NCBI GenBank assembly: GCA_965208835.1
Contig: OZ242358.1
Location: 3,744,001-3,808,000, forward strand
Source of the DNA: Candidatus Latescibacterota bacterium
GTDB lineage: Bacteria; Latescibacterota; UBA2968; GCA-2709665
Direction: 5' to 3'
DNA: 64,000 nt
Positions 1-9,068 of this stretch are shown here, one piece after another. How positions within the stretch are numbered: the first letter of the stretch is position 1; each line of letters begins with the position of its first letter. A program made the position numbers and the translations under genes. The notes under the pieces are model-generated. The model ran no database searches. It was not told the origin of the DNA and worked only from the letters and a program-made list of their open reading frames with translations.

Positions 1-1162
1 ACCCGAATGCGCCGCCCTGCGAGATCGTCACGGACGCCACGTTGCCTTCCGCGTCCGCGGCGGAAACATGGAGCGTCCCGGTCGTCGAATCTCCCTCGGG
101 CCACGGGGACCGACGATCCACAAATTCCGGAAACTGTCGCATCGACTCCACTCGTCCTGCCGCGTAGTCTTTACTTAGAAACCGCTGGACCGGAACGTCC
201 ACGTGATCCGGATCGCCCAGGTACAACAGCCGGTCGCGCCACGCCAGTTTCAGCACTTCGGACAACCGGTGCCAGTACGTTAACGTATCCTCGGGCACGG
301 GCTCGAAGCACTCCAGCATGTTGAGGATCTGCAGAGCAGTCAACCCGCCGTTCGGCAAAACCGCGGCATAGACGGTCGCGTCGCGGTACGTCGTCTCGTA
401 CGGCGCGGAGACACGCGGCTCAAATCCCGCCATATCCTCCCTCGTCAGCGCACCGCCGGAACTGTTGACGTGGTCCGCGATCCTCCGGCCGATTTCTCCA
501 TCGTAAAAGTCGCGCCACCCCGCCTCGCACGCACGCGTCAGGGATTTCTCCATATCCCGCCGGTGCCAGGTGTCGTCCGACGTGGGCAATCGCCCTTGCG
601 GCATCAGGTGCTTCTTTGTTGCAGGAAACCGCCGAATCACCGGCTCCAGGTTCCGAATCGCCGCCGCCGTGGAACCGAACGGGAATCCGTTCTCCAGCAG
701 TGTCAGGGACGGAGCCACGATATCGGACCACTTCAAGCGGCCCCATCGCTCCCACAAGACCCCCATCCCCGCCATCATTCCGGGCGGCCCCACGGCGCGG
801 GGTCCGTGGACATTTGCGTTATCCCTCACGGAGCAGAGATACTCGTTCTCGTTGATCCCCTTCGGACCTTCCCCCAACGGCATCACGTCGTACATCGTCT
901 CACTGGCCGACGCGGGTGCAATGGAGTTGGCATCCAGAGACCATACTCTCCCGGTCCGACCGTCGAGCACCAGCGCGCAAAGCACGTAACCCATCACCCC
1001 CGTGGACTGCGGCTGCAGCATACAGCAGGCCATGCTGGCTGCGGCGGCCGCGTCCATCGCATTCCCGCCCCGGTCCAGCACACGAGCGCCAACGCGAGCC
1101 GCCTCCTCCGGCCCGGCGGCAACGGCGCCCCGGCACGTGAGGACCTCTTTCCCCTCAATCAT
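1..1162 (-). CDS. ggt: Gamma-glutamyltransferase family protein (runs off window start; absent from ORF track)
   Basis: Manual translation from ATG at 1162 (GGAG upstream): MIEGKEVLTCRGAVAAGPEEAARVGARVLDRGGNAMDAAAAASMACCMLQPQSTG, later FYDGEIGRRIAD; typical GGT N-terminus. Confidence 0.85.
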   Translation of the reverse strand, partial: MIEGKEVLTCRGAVAAGPEEAARVGARVLDRGGNAMDAAAAASMACCMLQPQSTGVMGYVLCALVLDGRTGRVWSLDANSIAPASASETMYDVMPLGEGPKGINENEYLCSVRDNANVHGPRAVGPPGMMAGMGVLWERWGRLKWSDIVAPSLTLLENGFPFGSTAAAIRNLEPVIRRFPATKKHLMPQGRLPTSDDTWHRRDMEKSLTRACEAGWRDFYDGEIGRRIADHVNSSGGALTREDMAGFEPRVSAPYETTYRDATVYAAVLPNGGLTALQILNMLECFEPVPEDTLTYWHRLSEVLKLAWRDRLLYLGDPDHVDVPVQRFLSKDYAAGRVESMRQFPEFVDRRSPWPEGDSTTGTLHVSAADAEGNVASVTISQGGAFG

Positions 1163-1215
1163 TGGATGTCTCCCCTAATGGGCGATCACAAGGGTCGCCC
1201 CTAAGCAGCGGCTTT

Positions 1216-2433
1216 CTACACATCCGCGGCGACCTTATTGATTGCGGCCGCGATATCACGGATGTCGGATTCTTCCATATGCTCATGGATTCCCCGGACG
1301 GCGACGGTTCGCAAACCTGCGACGGCCTGGGGGGTTGTGTCGGGTCCATAATGGTACTCGCGGTCCGTGACCCCGCAGCTGAATGGACATCCGCTGTTCC
1401 CGTACGTGATCTTTTCGGTCAGGTATTTACCACGCATGAATATCGGATCTCCGATATAGTGGGCGCCTACCGCGACACCCTCCGCGGACACCGCCCTGCA
1501 GAACCGGTCCGGATCGTGGCCGGTCACGTGAAATATGTAATTCCACCACGACACCTCCCGGTCCGCGTCCTCGGGCACGGGCTCGATTCCCGGCGCACCC
1601 GAAATCAGCTCACATAACAGCCCCCCGAGTTGGATCCGACGCTCGACGACGGCCCGCACCTTTTCCAGCTGCGCCAGGCCCACGGCACCCTGCATCTCCG
1701 TCATGCGATACGTGGGCGCAAGGAAACCGTGGTCCCGTTCGCCCATGTACTGATAGTCCCAGCCTTTATCGGAAAACAGTTTCAGCCTGACATACGTCTC
1801 CTCGCAATTGGTAATGGTCATCCCGCCGTCGCCGGTCGTCATATGTTTGGACTGTTGCAGGCTGAAACATCCCATGTGTCCGAAGGTGCCAACGTACCGT
1901 CCCTTGAATCGGGTGGCATGGGCCTGGCTGCAATCCTCGATCAGAATCAGGTCGTGGCGATCAGCAATATCCGCCACCGCGTCCACGTCGCACGGCCTCC
2001 CGAAGAGATGGACCAGAATGATGGCACGCGTCCGGTCCGTAATGACGGCTTCGATAGAGGCGGGCGTCATGTTCAATGTCCTGGGATCCACGTCTGCGAA
2101 GACCGGCACCGCGTTCTGCTGCAGAATCGGCATCACGCTGCCCGGATCCGTAACGGGTGCGGTGATGATCTCGTCGCCGGGCTCCGGGTTTACGGCCCCC
2201 ACGGCGAGGTGAATGGCCGCCGATCCGCCAGTGGAACTCTGGGCGTACCTGACGCCGTAGAAACTGGAAAACGACGTTTCGAATTCCTTTACGTAACGGC
2301 CGCTTTTGCCGAACAGATTCTGGCTTCGCAACGCATCCAACAACAATTCCTCCTCCCGCTGCCCGAACGGCGCCCGGGCAGGAAACGGTCTGGTCCGTAC
2401 CTTTCTCCCTCCATCTATCGCCAGTTTTGCCAT
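1216..2433 (-). CDS. DegT/DnrJ/EryC1/StrS family PLP-dependent aminotransferase
   Basis: Start MAKLAIDGG after GGAGG; IEDCSQAH and FSLQQSKHMTTGDGG (PLP-Lys) motifs. Confidence 0.9.
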   Translation of the reverse strand: MAKLAIDGGRKVRTRPFPARAPFGQREEELLLDALRSQNLFGKSGRYVKEFETSFSSFYGVRYAQSSTGGSAAIHLAVGAVNPEPGDEIITAPVTDPGSVMPILQQNAVPVFADVDPRTLNMTPASIEAVITDRTRAIILVHLFGRPCDVDAVADIADRHDLILIEDCSQAHATRFKGRYVGTFGHMGCFSLQQSKHMTTGDGGMTITNCEETYVRLKLFSDKGWDYQYMGERDHGFLAPTYRMTEMQGAVGLAQLEKVRAVVERRIQLGGLLCELISGAPGIEPVPEDADREVSWWNYIFHVTGHDPDRFCRAVSAEGVAVGAHYIGDPIFMRGKYLTEKITYGNSGCPFSCGVTDREYHYGPDTTPQAVAGLRTVAVRGIHEHMEESDIRDIAAAINKVAADV

Positions 2434-2448
2434 TTTGCCTCCATCAAA

Positions 2449-2530
2449 AGAAGAATCCAGAAGCCGGCAATCAGAATCCGGAAGGGAAGGCTGATTCTCT
2501 TCCATATCCTGACTTTCGACTCCTGGATTT
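2449..2530. repeat. Degenerate ~7-bp tandem repeats with purine-rich and pyrimidine-rich halves
   Basis: agaatcc agaagcc ggcaatc agaatcc followed by tcctgac tttcgac tcctgga. Confidence 0.45.
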
Positions 2531-2581
2531 CTCAATGACGCGCCGCCCGGTCCGCCACCGTTCCGACCCGACTCCACTCAC

Positions 2582-4987
2582 TTACCGCTCCAACCTGAAC
2601 AGGACCTCCTTCTCGGCTGCCGCATTGCCGTTCTGATCCTCAACGCGGACCGTCAGCCGGTTCACGCCGGACTTGGCATTCCCCAGGTCCATCTCGAAAT
2701 ACTCCTGCAAATCCGTTTCCTCACGGATCTGTTCCGTAGATACCGAAACCTCCGGATTTCGTTCGCCCCTGCGGAAAAGGCCGCCAACCCCCGCCCAGAG
2801 CCGTCCGAACGTGCCGCCCTTCTCCGGCATTGAATGGATCGTATAGTGCAATGTAAACCGGCTTTGGCCGAATGTATCCGGTTTCAGCCCATAGGCTTCG
2901 TAATAGACAAACGGGTGCTGGTTCATTCGATAGGTCTTGGTGGTCATCGGAATCACCCAGATGCCGCCACCCTTGTCATATTTCTCCAGGCCGCCCTCCG
3001 TGGACACCTGAAATCCCAGTTCCAAACCGCTCAGCTTCAACGTATCCTGCGAATAATCCTCAACCTCGAGCCGTTCCTTGTAAATGCCTGAATGACCGGA
3101 AACCAGATCCTTGACCTGTACGCGCATTTCGTAGGCGCCCGGGCTCACGTCAATCGCGAGTTGATTCGGAATAAAGGTCCCCTTCCCCGTATAAAGTTCC
3201 TTCGAGGTGCGCAGCACCAACTCTTCGCTATCCTGCAGCGTGTGTCCCGATTCCGCATCGTACAGCGCAACCGCGCAACCCAACTGAAACACGTGCTGGT
3301 CTCCCGTTTCTGACTCGCTCAAACTGCGCGGCGGGATTCCATAATAAACCTCCACGCGCGTCTTGCCATTGGATCCTCTAAACGTCGCACGATCGTAATA
3401 GAAGTCCAGAAATGCCTCGCGTCCGCCCGGCAGATAGTGTTCGGGCATCTGCCGTATGCTCCGGTTCATCACCATTGCGGGCGAGAACTTCACCATCCGG
3501 CTGGTCCGCCGCAACGCGCCTTCGTCGAATGCCGCAGCGGGCACGGGCGCAAAGTCGAACTTCCCGCCGCCCATCTCGTTGGTAAACACCACCTCGATTC
3601 CCCCGGCAACACCTGTGTAGACCCAGGACTCCCACTTTATAAAAGACATGAAGTCCCCACCCGTCACCTGCATGCGGTTCGGGGACAGGGTCACCTCGTA
3701 ATTGTCTCCATCCAGCTCGGACATGTCAGCGGGCGCCATCGGCTCATCGACCAGAGCGGGCGCACCCTCTACCTCCAGCGCGTCGGGAGTCTCGCCCTGA
3801 TCGGTACCCGGTGGCAGTTCAGCGGGGAAATCCAGACCCACCTCGTGCATCCTGCGAACCGGGAAGACCGGCCCACGTCCTACATCCATCATGCTGTGCG
3901 GTCCGTAGATATCGTATGCGACACGCTCCTTGATCCGCTCTACTGAAACCGGCATGGGCGGCGCCACCGCGGCGGACGTCGACCGGTAATCCGGCGCGCC
4001 GTACCGGATATAGACCTCTCCCCGCCGGTCCCACGGATTCGCCTGTTCGGAAAAAGCGGCCCGCGAATACCAAACGCGGCGATAGTGCTCCAGCTTGCGC
4101 TCATTCACGGCAGACATCAGATCCGGGTCTCTCACCGACCAGAACCTAACCAGAAACTCCCGCCGCGCCGCCGGATCCTCCTCAGTCGCCCGATAGGCAA
4201 TAAGCTCTTCCCTGGATGCGATCTGACTCACATCCTGGTACAACAGGCGTTCCTCGGGCGGCATTCGGGAAAACCCCCTGCCGTAATATTGCATCGCAAG
4301 GTCCAGCGCTTCCCGGCTTGCGCAGGCCTGAGCAACAACGGGCAACAGCAGCCCTTCGTCCGTCGTTACTTCCAACGAATCCAGCGCTTGAGAGGGTAAG
4401 TCTTCAAAGACGCCCGTCCGGATATAGGCCGTGACCACGGCCTGGAGCACGGTCGGATCCCGCGTCCGGTCTACCGACAGAGAGCGCACGTAGGCATCGA
4501 GTGAATTTTCGTAGTCCTCGATGTCGGAGTACAACCGTCCCATAAGCCGATGGACCAGTTCGAATCCGGGCGAAAGCGCGGCTGCCCGTGTGGCATGGTA
4601 GATTGTCTGTTCGGAATACCTCCCTTTTTCTCCCTCCGCGGTCCCCGACCTGTAGGAGGCCAGCGCCATCCCGAAGTGGGCGGGCGCAAACCTGTCGTTT
4701 TGCGATAGCGCCGATTGAAACGCCTCTCTCGCGCCCGCCAGGTCCGCCTTTAGAAGCCGCGCGTATCCGATCCGGGTATCCATGCCGGCCGCATCCGAGA
4801 TTATTCGAGGCCAGTACGCGCGCAACGCTCGTTGAACCTCCACGTCGGGTCCGGCGGCGGCGGTCGTATCGGCGGCCGTCTGCAGTGCCGTTTCTGCGGC
4901 GGCGCCGGTCGGACTTCCCGAAAGCAGAAACGTCAATCCCGCAAGCAAGGGCACCAGTGTCCGCAGTCGATTCCGGTACATCGTCAT
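2582..4987 (-). CDS. Exported TPR + GWxTD-domain protein
   Basis: Signal peptide, TPR-like helices, RFWSVRDPD...NERKLEHYRRV...PWDRRGEVYIRYGAPD and WESWVY motifs. Confidence 0.8.
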   Translation of the reverse strand: MTMYRNRLRTLVPLLAGLTFLLSGSPTGAAAETALQTAADTTAAAGPDVEVQRALRAYWPRIISDAAGMDTRIGYARLLKADLAGAREAFQSALSQNDRFAPAHFGMALASYRSGTAEGEKGRYSEQTIYHATRAAALSPGFELVHRLMGRLYSDIEDYENSLDAYVRSLSVDRTRDPTVLQAVVTAYIRTGVFEDLPSQALDSLEVTTDEGLLLPVVAQACASREALDLAMQYYGRGFSRMPPEERLLYQDVSQIASREELIAYRATEEDPAARREFLVRFWSVRDPDLMSAVNERKLEHYRRVWYSRAAFSEQANPWDRRGEVYIRYGAPDYRSTSAAVAPPMPVSVERIKERVAYDIYGPHSMMDVGRGPVFPVRRMHEVGLDFPAELPPGTDQGETPDALEVEGAPALVDEPMAPADMSELDGDNYEVTLSPNRMQVTGGDFMSFIKWESWVYTGVAGGIEVVFTNEMGGGKFDFAPVPAAAFDEGALRRTSRMVKFSPAMVMNRSIRQMPEHYLPGGREAFLDFYYDRATFRGSNGKTRVEVYYGIPPRSLSESETGDQHVFQLGCAVALYDAESGHTLQDSEELVLRTSKELYTGKGTFIPNQLAIDVSPGAYEMRVQVKDLVSGHSGIYKERLEVEDYSQDTLKLSGLELGFQVSTEGGLEKYDKGGGIWVIPMTTKTYRMNQHPFVYYEAYGLKPDTFGQSRFTLHYTIHSMPEKGGTFGRLWAGVGGLFRRGERNPEVSVSTEQIREETDLQEYFEMDLGNAKSGVNRLTVRVEDQNGNAAAEKEVLFRLER

Positions 4988-5195
4988 CGTCCTCGTTTCG
5001 GGTTGGCGACGATACGTCAGACCGCGCGCCTGAAGTTTGAAGTGCGGCGGTCGAATCTATCCTGCTGCTACGTATATTACTTGGATGTCCATATTAGCAA
5101 TTGGTTGCAGAAAATCACAAAGGCGGGGAGACGGGAGACGCAAGAGGTAAGAGATGACTCGCCTCGCCAGGTTGCAATTCATGCCGGAGGCCTAA

Positions 5196-5355
5196 CAGCC
5201 CGTTGAAAAAGTCCATCCGGGCTGCGGCCGGCCCTTGCGGTCGAAATACTGCGTTGCGCTCCCTCGCCGAATCACAGGATGGGACTCGGTCGCGCGCCTT
5301 GTCTTCGACCACAATGGCTCGGCCTCGCCTGCAGAGCGACTTTATCAACGGACTG
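5196..5355 (+). mobile_element. MITE family A, full length (160 bp)
   Basis: Imperfect TIRs CAGCCCGTTGAAAAAGTC / GACTTTATCAACGGACTG; flanked by CTAA duplication. Confidence 0.9.
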
Positions 5356-5381
5356 CTAAAGGAGGAACATATCGGCAAAGA

Positions 5382-5473
5382 CCTCTTCTCACGTCTACCC
5401 TCTCCCGTCTACCCGCTTTTGGGCTTTTCCTTCTTCCTTTCTACTTCTTCCTTTTGCCTTTCTCCTGCTTCTT
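5382..5473. repeat. Pyrimidine-rich degenerate heptamer tandem repeats
   Basis: cacgtct accctct cccgtct and ttccttc ttccttt ctacttc ttccttt tgccttt periodicity. Confidence 0.5.
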
Positions 5474-5478
5474 ACAAT

Positions 5479-5512
5479 AAGAAAGGAGGACGATCCGACG
5501 GACCGCCCCCCC
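5479..5512 (-). terminator. Intrinsic terminator after PorV-family gene
   Basis: Minus strand GGGGGGCGGTCC-GTC-GGATCGTCCTCC-TTTCTT. Confidence 0.6.
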
Positions 5513-5538
5513 CTCTATGTTTACCGCGCACCGTGCCC

Positions 5539-6582
5539 CTAGAACGTCCCGCCCACGGACAAACGCAACGGTGGATCGAAGATGCCCAGATCCGCGTTGT
5601 GGTAGGAAAGGTCCACGGTGATCAGCTGACCGCCCGGCAGTTCGTGCTTCAGACCGGCGCCGACGCTCCAGCTTTCAAGAGCCGTATGCGTACGGTAACC
5701 CGCACGAAGCGCCAGCGTGTTCTCCAGCCAGAGTTCCCCGCCCATGCGGGTAATCGGCCGGAAGTCCGTCACGAACTCGTGCTCCAGTGAGAGCGTAAAG
5801 TATCCGGGATCGCCCTTCTGCCCGAATATCTCCATCGCGCCGCCAAGGGAGTACGTGGTGGGCATTACCGCCGTGAAACCGCCCTCGGTCGCCTTGACGT
5901 TCGGACCCAGGTTCCGGAAACTCATGGCGATCCTGCTGCTACGGTACCCGGTGTAAAAGTGGGTGCCGATACTGTAGTCCAGGGTAGAGACCTTCTCAAG
6001 GTGCAGATCTTCCTGGATCCAGCGAATCTGACCGCCCAGCATGAATTTGTCGGTCATCTTCTTGGCGAAAATGGCGCCGAGGGCAATATCGCTGCCCCTG
6101 AACATGGTACCCGTGCCCCAGGGGGCCGTCGGCGTCGTGACTTCCATCTCCTCCGTCTGAAAGCTGTTAACCGTAAACCCGATGGTCCCGAACCCTGCGT
6201 TGAACGCCAGAGCCCCCGAGACCAGCGAAGAGTTGGACAGCCAGCGGGTGTAATTCAGCGTATAGCCGACGTTCTCGATGTGCCCGATACCCGCGGCATT
6301 CCAGAACGCGGCGGTGATATCGTCGGCGATGGCGGTGTAGGCCCCGCCCATCGCCTCGGCGCGGGCGCCCTGGCCGATTTTCAGGAACGGGAACTCGGAA
6401 AGTCCCACGCGCTCGACCCAGAGGCCCCAAGCCTTGTCAACGTTTTCCATCTTCGGATCGATCAACGCCCCGTCGCGCGACCCGGTGCCGGGCGCCGGCT
6501 GCTCTACCGCCATCGCCGGCGTCGCGGACAGGAGAGCGACGGTCACGAGGGCCAATCCCAAGATGAGCCATCCTTTTTTCAT
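5539..6582 (-). CDS. PorV/PorQ family outer-membrane beta-barrel
   Basis: Signal peptide; FLKIGQGARAEAMGGAYTAIADDITAAFWNAAG signature; terminal Phe. Confidence 0.88.
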   Translation of the reverse strand: MKKGWLILGLALVTVALLSATPAMAVEQPAPGTGSRDGALIDPKMENVDKAWGLWVERVGLSEFPFLKIGQGARAEAMGGAYTAIADDITAAFWNAAGIGHIENVGYTLNYTRWLSNSSLVSGALAFNAGFGTIGFTVNSFQTEEMEVTTPTAPWGTGTMFRGSDIALGAIFAKKMTDKFMLGGQIRWIQEDLHLEKVSTLDYSIGTHFYTGYRSSRIAMSFRNLGPNVKATEGGFTAVMPTTYSLGGAMEIFGQKGDPGYFTLSLEHEFVTDFRPITRMGGELWLENTLALRAGYRTHTALESWSVGAGLKHELPGGQLITVDLSYHNADLGIFDPPLRLSVGGTF

Positions 6583-6613
6583 AGCAATTCTCCTTAAGAC
6601 GTCGCGAGGTTCG

Positions 6614-9001
6614 TTATCGGATCACGACAAACGTGCCGGTCTTGATCTTTCCGGCGCCGGCCGAACCTTCAACGCCGTGCACGGCATAGAAATAGATTCC
6701 CGGACCCACAAGCGCCCGGATCGTGGAATACGGCCGACCGGTCCACCGCGTCTCGCTGGACGCGTTGTTCTTCTGACGCAGCACCTGGATCAGCTGCCCG
6801 GCAGTGTTGAAGATATAAATAAACGAGTTGGACGGCACGTTCACGAAGCGGATTGAAAGGCCGCCGCCGTACTCGTTCGTGCCGTTGGCCATGTACGGGT
6901 TCGGCACCACCACGATATCGCGTTCCAAAGCGTCAGCGGCCGCCACGAACGGCAACACGGGCGACCCGCGGTTGACTTGCAGGAAGTTGGAGAACGGACC
7001 TTCCTGTCCGTTCTGCAGGAACTTCTGCGCCCTGGGAGGGAGATCCGCGAAAGTCATCGTGCCGTCGTTGTTCACCCAGTCGTTATGCGGTTCCTGGTAG
7101 GCCCGGATGCTGTAGTAATAGAAGAATCCGGCGTTGGAACTCGCGTCGGACCAGCCGTACATTCCGGGACGTGCGGCGCGCCGGCCATCGCTGGCCTGGT
7201 TGGCCAGCCCCTGGGCGACGGACTCGTCGGTCTCCGCCGCTGCGACGGGCCAGTCCGCGCCCGCATCGTACGTGACACCTGCCGGCAGCGGTCCGCCCAC
7301 GGGAATGTCGCCGACCAGCGAGAACGGGCCGGTGGCCGTGAGCGTTCCACGCAGCCCGCGGTAGATGCGGAAGCCGGCCACGTCGGCTGCGCCGTAGTCG
7401 GGATGAACCGCGCCCTGGGCCTCGGCGGCCCAGAACAGCTTCACCTTGGCGTTCTCGTCGCTCTTCACGAAAACGTCGACGTCGGGTGGGCCATCCGGAA
7501 TGTCAAAGCCGCTCTGATAGGCGAATAACGCGTGTTCCAGGTGTTCTACGATCGCCTGCTCGCCCGAAAGGAAACTGGCTTTATCGGCGGTGAGCGACCA
7601 CTGCCAGATGTCTATGGGGCTTTTGCCGGGACCGGCATACTCGGCGCCGGAACCGGCCACAAACGCCACCACGACCTTGGCCTTGTCGCCAGGGCCAAGC
7701 GCCCATGGGCCATAGACCTGCGCGTTCGTGAACCCGCCCACCGCGGTGGGGTTGTCCTGCGCGGACGTTGCCGTCAACTTGGCAAATGCCTCGGCAGGGG
7801 TCTCTCCTTCAAGGACGGGCTCGTCATAGTCGGCGGTCGTGCGTACGTTCCACCAGCCCTGGTAGACCGGCTGGTCCGCCGCGGGCTGTACGTACTGACC
7901 CGCGTCGTGCATGTTGAACGCGTGTCTGGGGTCGTCCGGGCTGTCCGCGAACGCGACCGGCGCCATGCCCACGAATGAATGGGCGGACAGCTTGCCGTCG
8001 GGGAAGGCCATCTCCTTCAGGTCGGAGGTTTCGATATCCTTGATCCAGGGGTCCCCTGTATCCTCCCAGGCCTTGAACGGGCTGTCGCCGTCGAACTGGT
8101 AGCTCAGCTTGAGCCCCTGCGCCCTGGCCGCGCTGATGGCAACAGGCCCGCCGGGGCCGCCATCCACGTAGTTTCCGGCCTCCGTGTACCGGAAGTGATC
8201 GTCGAGACCGTCGTCGAACCACCGCCACCAGCGGCCGCCGCCCTGGTTGTTGTCGGAGGTTTCATTGATTTTCCAGGTGGCCACCAGCGGCAGGTACACT
8301 TCGTTGTGCCGGTCGCTGCCGGTGTTTTCCAGAATGAATTCCGCAATGACGAAATCGTCGAACATCTGATGGGACCAGTTGTGGACCTTTCGGGTGATGG
8401 TGATATCGAACTTGTTGGTCCACTTGGCGACCAGAATCTCTTCCGCAAACGCGTCGTCCGGCGTGTATTCTCCGGGCGAGAAGTTCCAGATCAATCTTGG
8501 CGGTGCGCTGACGTCATTTTCGTCCGGAACGTTCGCACCCTGCCAGTAGTTGCTGGGTTGCGTAAACGACGCCCCGCGCCCCTGCTCCCACTCCGTGGCC
8601 GCGCCGAGGTGCGCCTCGGGCCCGCTGGATGGATCATAGACCAGCGGCGTGATATCGACGCTCTTGCCCCGGGGGCCGGTCCAGGCCGCATCCACACCTC
8701 CGGGCCCCACGACCATGATCCAGGTACCGAATCCGACCGCGTTGCCGCCCCGGCGGGTATAGTTGGAACTGGCGTTGCTGCTGGGGATGTTTGCCCAGCC
8801 GGGATACCAGAACATATCCGGCTCTCCCGTCTGCCCGCTTCCCAGATTCCAGCCGCCCATGGTACCGTCCGAGTTCCAGCTGATCTGGAGGTGACCCCGG
8901 CTGGTGGAAAGCCTCGGCGTGTCGCTCTGGTCAACCGCCCAGGCGCCCACTGGCAGGAGCAAGCCGCAAACAAGCGCCATAAGCTTGATGCCTGGTTTCA
9001 T
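6614..9001 (-). CDS. Secreted protein with FN3-like region and T9SS type-A-like C-terminal sorting domain
   Basis: Signal peptide; AGFRIYRG / YYYSIRAY strands; C-terminal IVVVPNPY...IRFVNVP...IYIFNTAGQLIQVL...W...GIYFYAV...KTGTFVVIR. Confidence 0.8.
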   Translation of the reverse strand: MKPGIKLMALVCGLLLPVGAWAVDQSDTPRLSTSRGHLQISWNSDGTMGGWNLGSGQTGEPDMFWYPGWANIPSSNASSNYTRRGGNAVGFGTWIMVVGPGGVDAAWTGPRGKSVDITPLVYDPSSGPEAHLGAATEWEQGRGASFTQPSNYWQGANVPDENDVSAPPRLIWNFSPGEYTPDDAFAEEILVAKWTNKFDITITRKVHNWSHQMFDDFVIAEFILENTGSDRHNEVYLPLVATWKINETSDNNQGGGRWWRWFDDGLDDHFRYTEAGNYVDGGPGGPVAISAARAQGLKLSYQFDGDSPFKAWEDTGDPWIKDIETSDLKEMAFPDGKLSAHSFVGMAPVAFADSPDDPRHAFNMHDAGQYVQPAADQPVYQGWWNVRTTADYDEPVLEGETPAEAFAKLTATSAQDNPTAVGGFTNAQVYGPWALGPGDKAKVVVAFVAGSGAEYAGPGKSPIDIWQWSLTADKASFLSGEQAIVEHLEHALFAYQSGFDIPDGPPDVDVFVKSDENAKVKLFWAAEAQGAVHPDYGAADVAGFRIYRGLRGTLTATGPFSLVGDIPVGGPLPAGVTYDAGADWPVAAAETDESVAQGLANQASDGRRAARPGMYGWSDASSNAGFFYYYSIRAYQEPHNDWVNNDGTMTFADLPPRAQKFLQNGQEGPFSNFLQVNRGSPVLPFVAAADALERDIVVVPNPYMANGTNEYGGGLSIRFVNVPSNSFIYIFNTAGQLIQVLRQKNNASSETRWTGRPYSTIRALVGPGIYFYAVHGVEGSAGAGKIKTGTFVVIR

Positions 9002-9024
9002 ACTTGCTTCTCCCTTTCGTTAAG

Positions 9025-9054
9025 ACCGGGGACGGGGAAAAACCCGCCCCCGGT
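9025..9054 (-). promoter_or_regulatory. Intercistronic GC-rich stem-loop without U-tract
   Basis: ACCGGGGACGGG-GAAAAA-CCCGCCCCCGGT between the TonB receptor and cargo genes. Confidence 0.45.
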
Positions 9055-9068
9055 ATCGTTGAACACGA

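Noticed and set aside
5115-5790. Recurrent short ORFs such as KSLCRRGRAI...FFNGLL and KKSIRAAAGPCGRNTAL
   Set aside because: Translations of MITE family A. The unit plus duplication (164 bp) is not a multiple of three, so in-frame protein insertion is unsupported.
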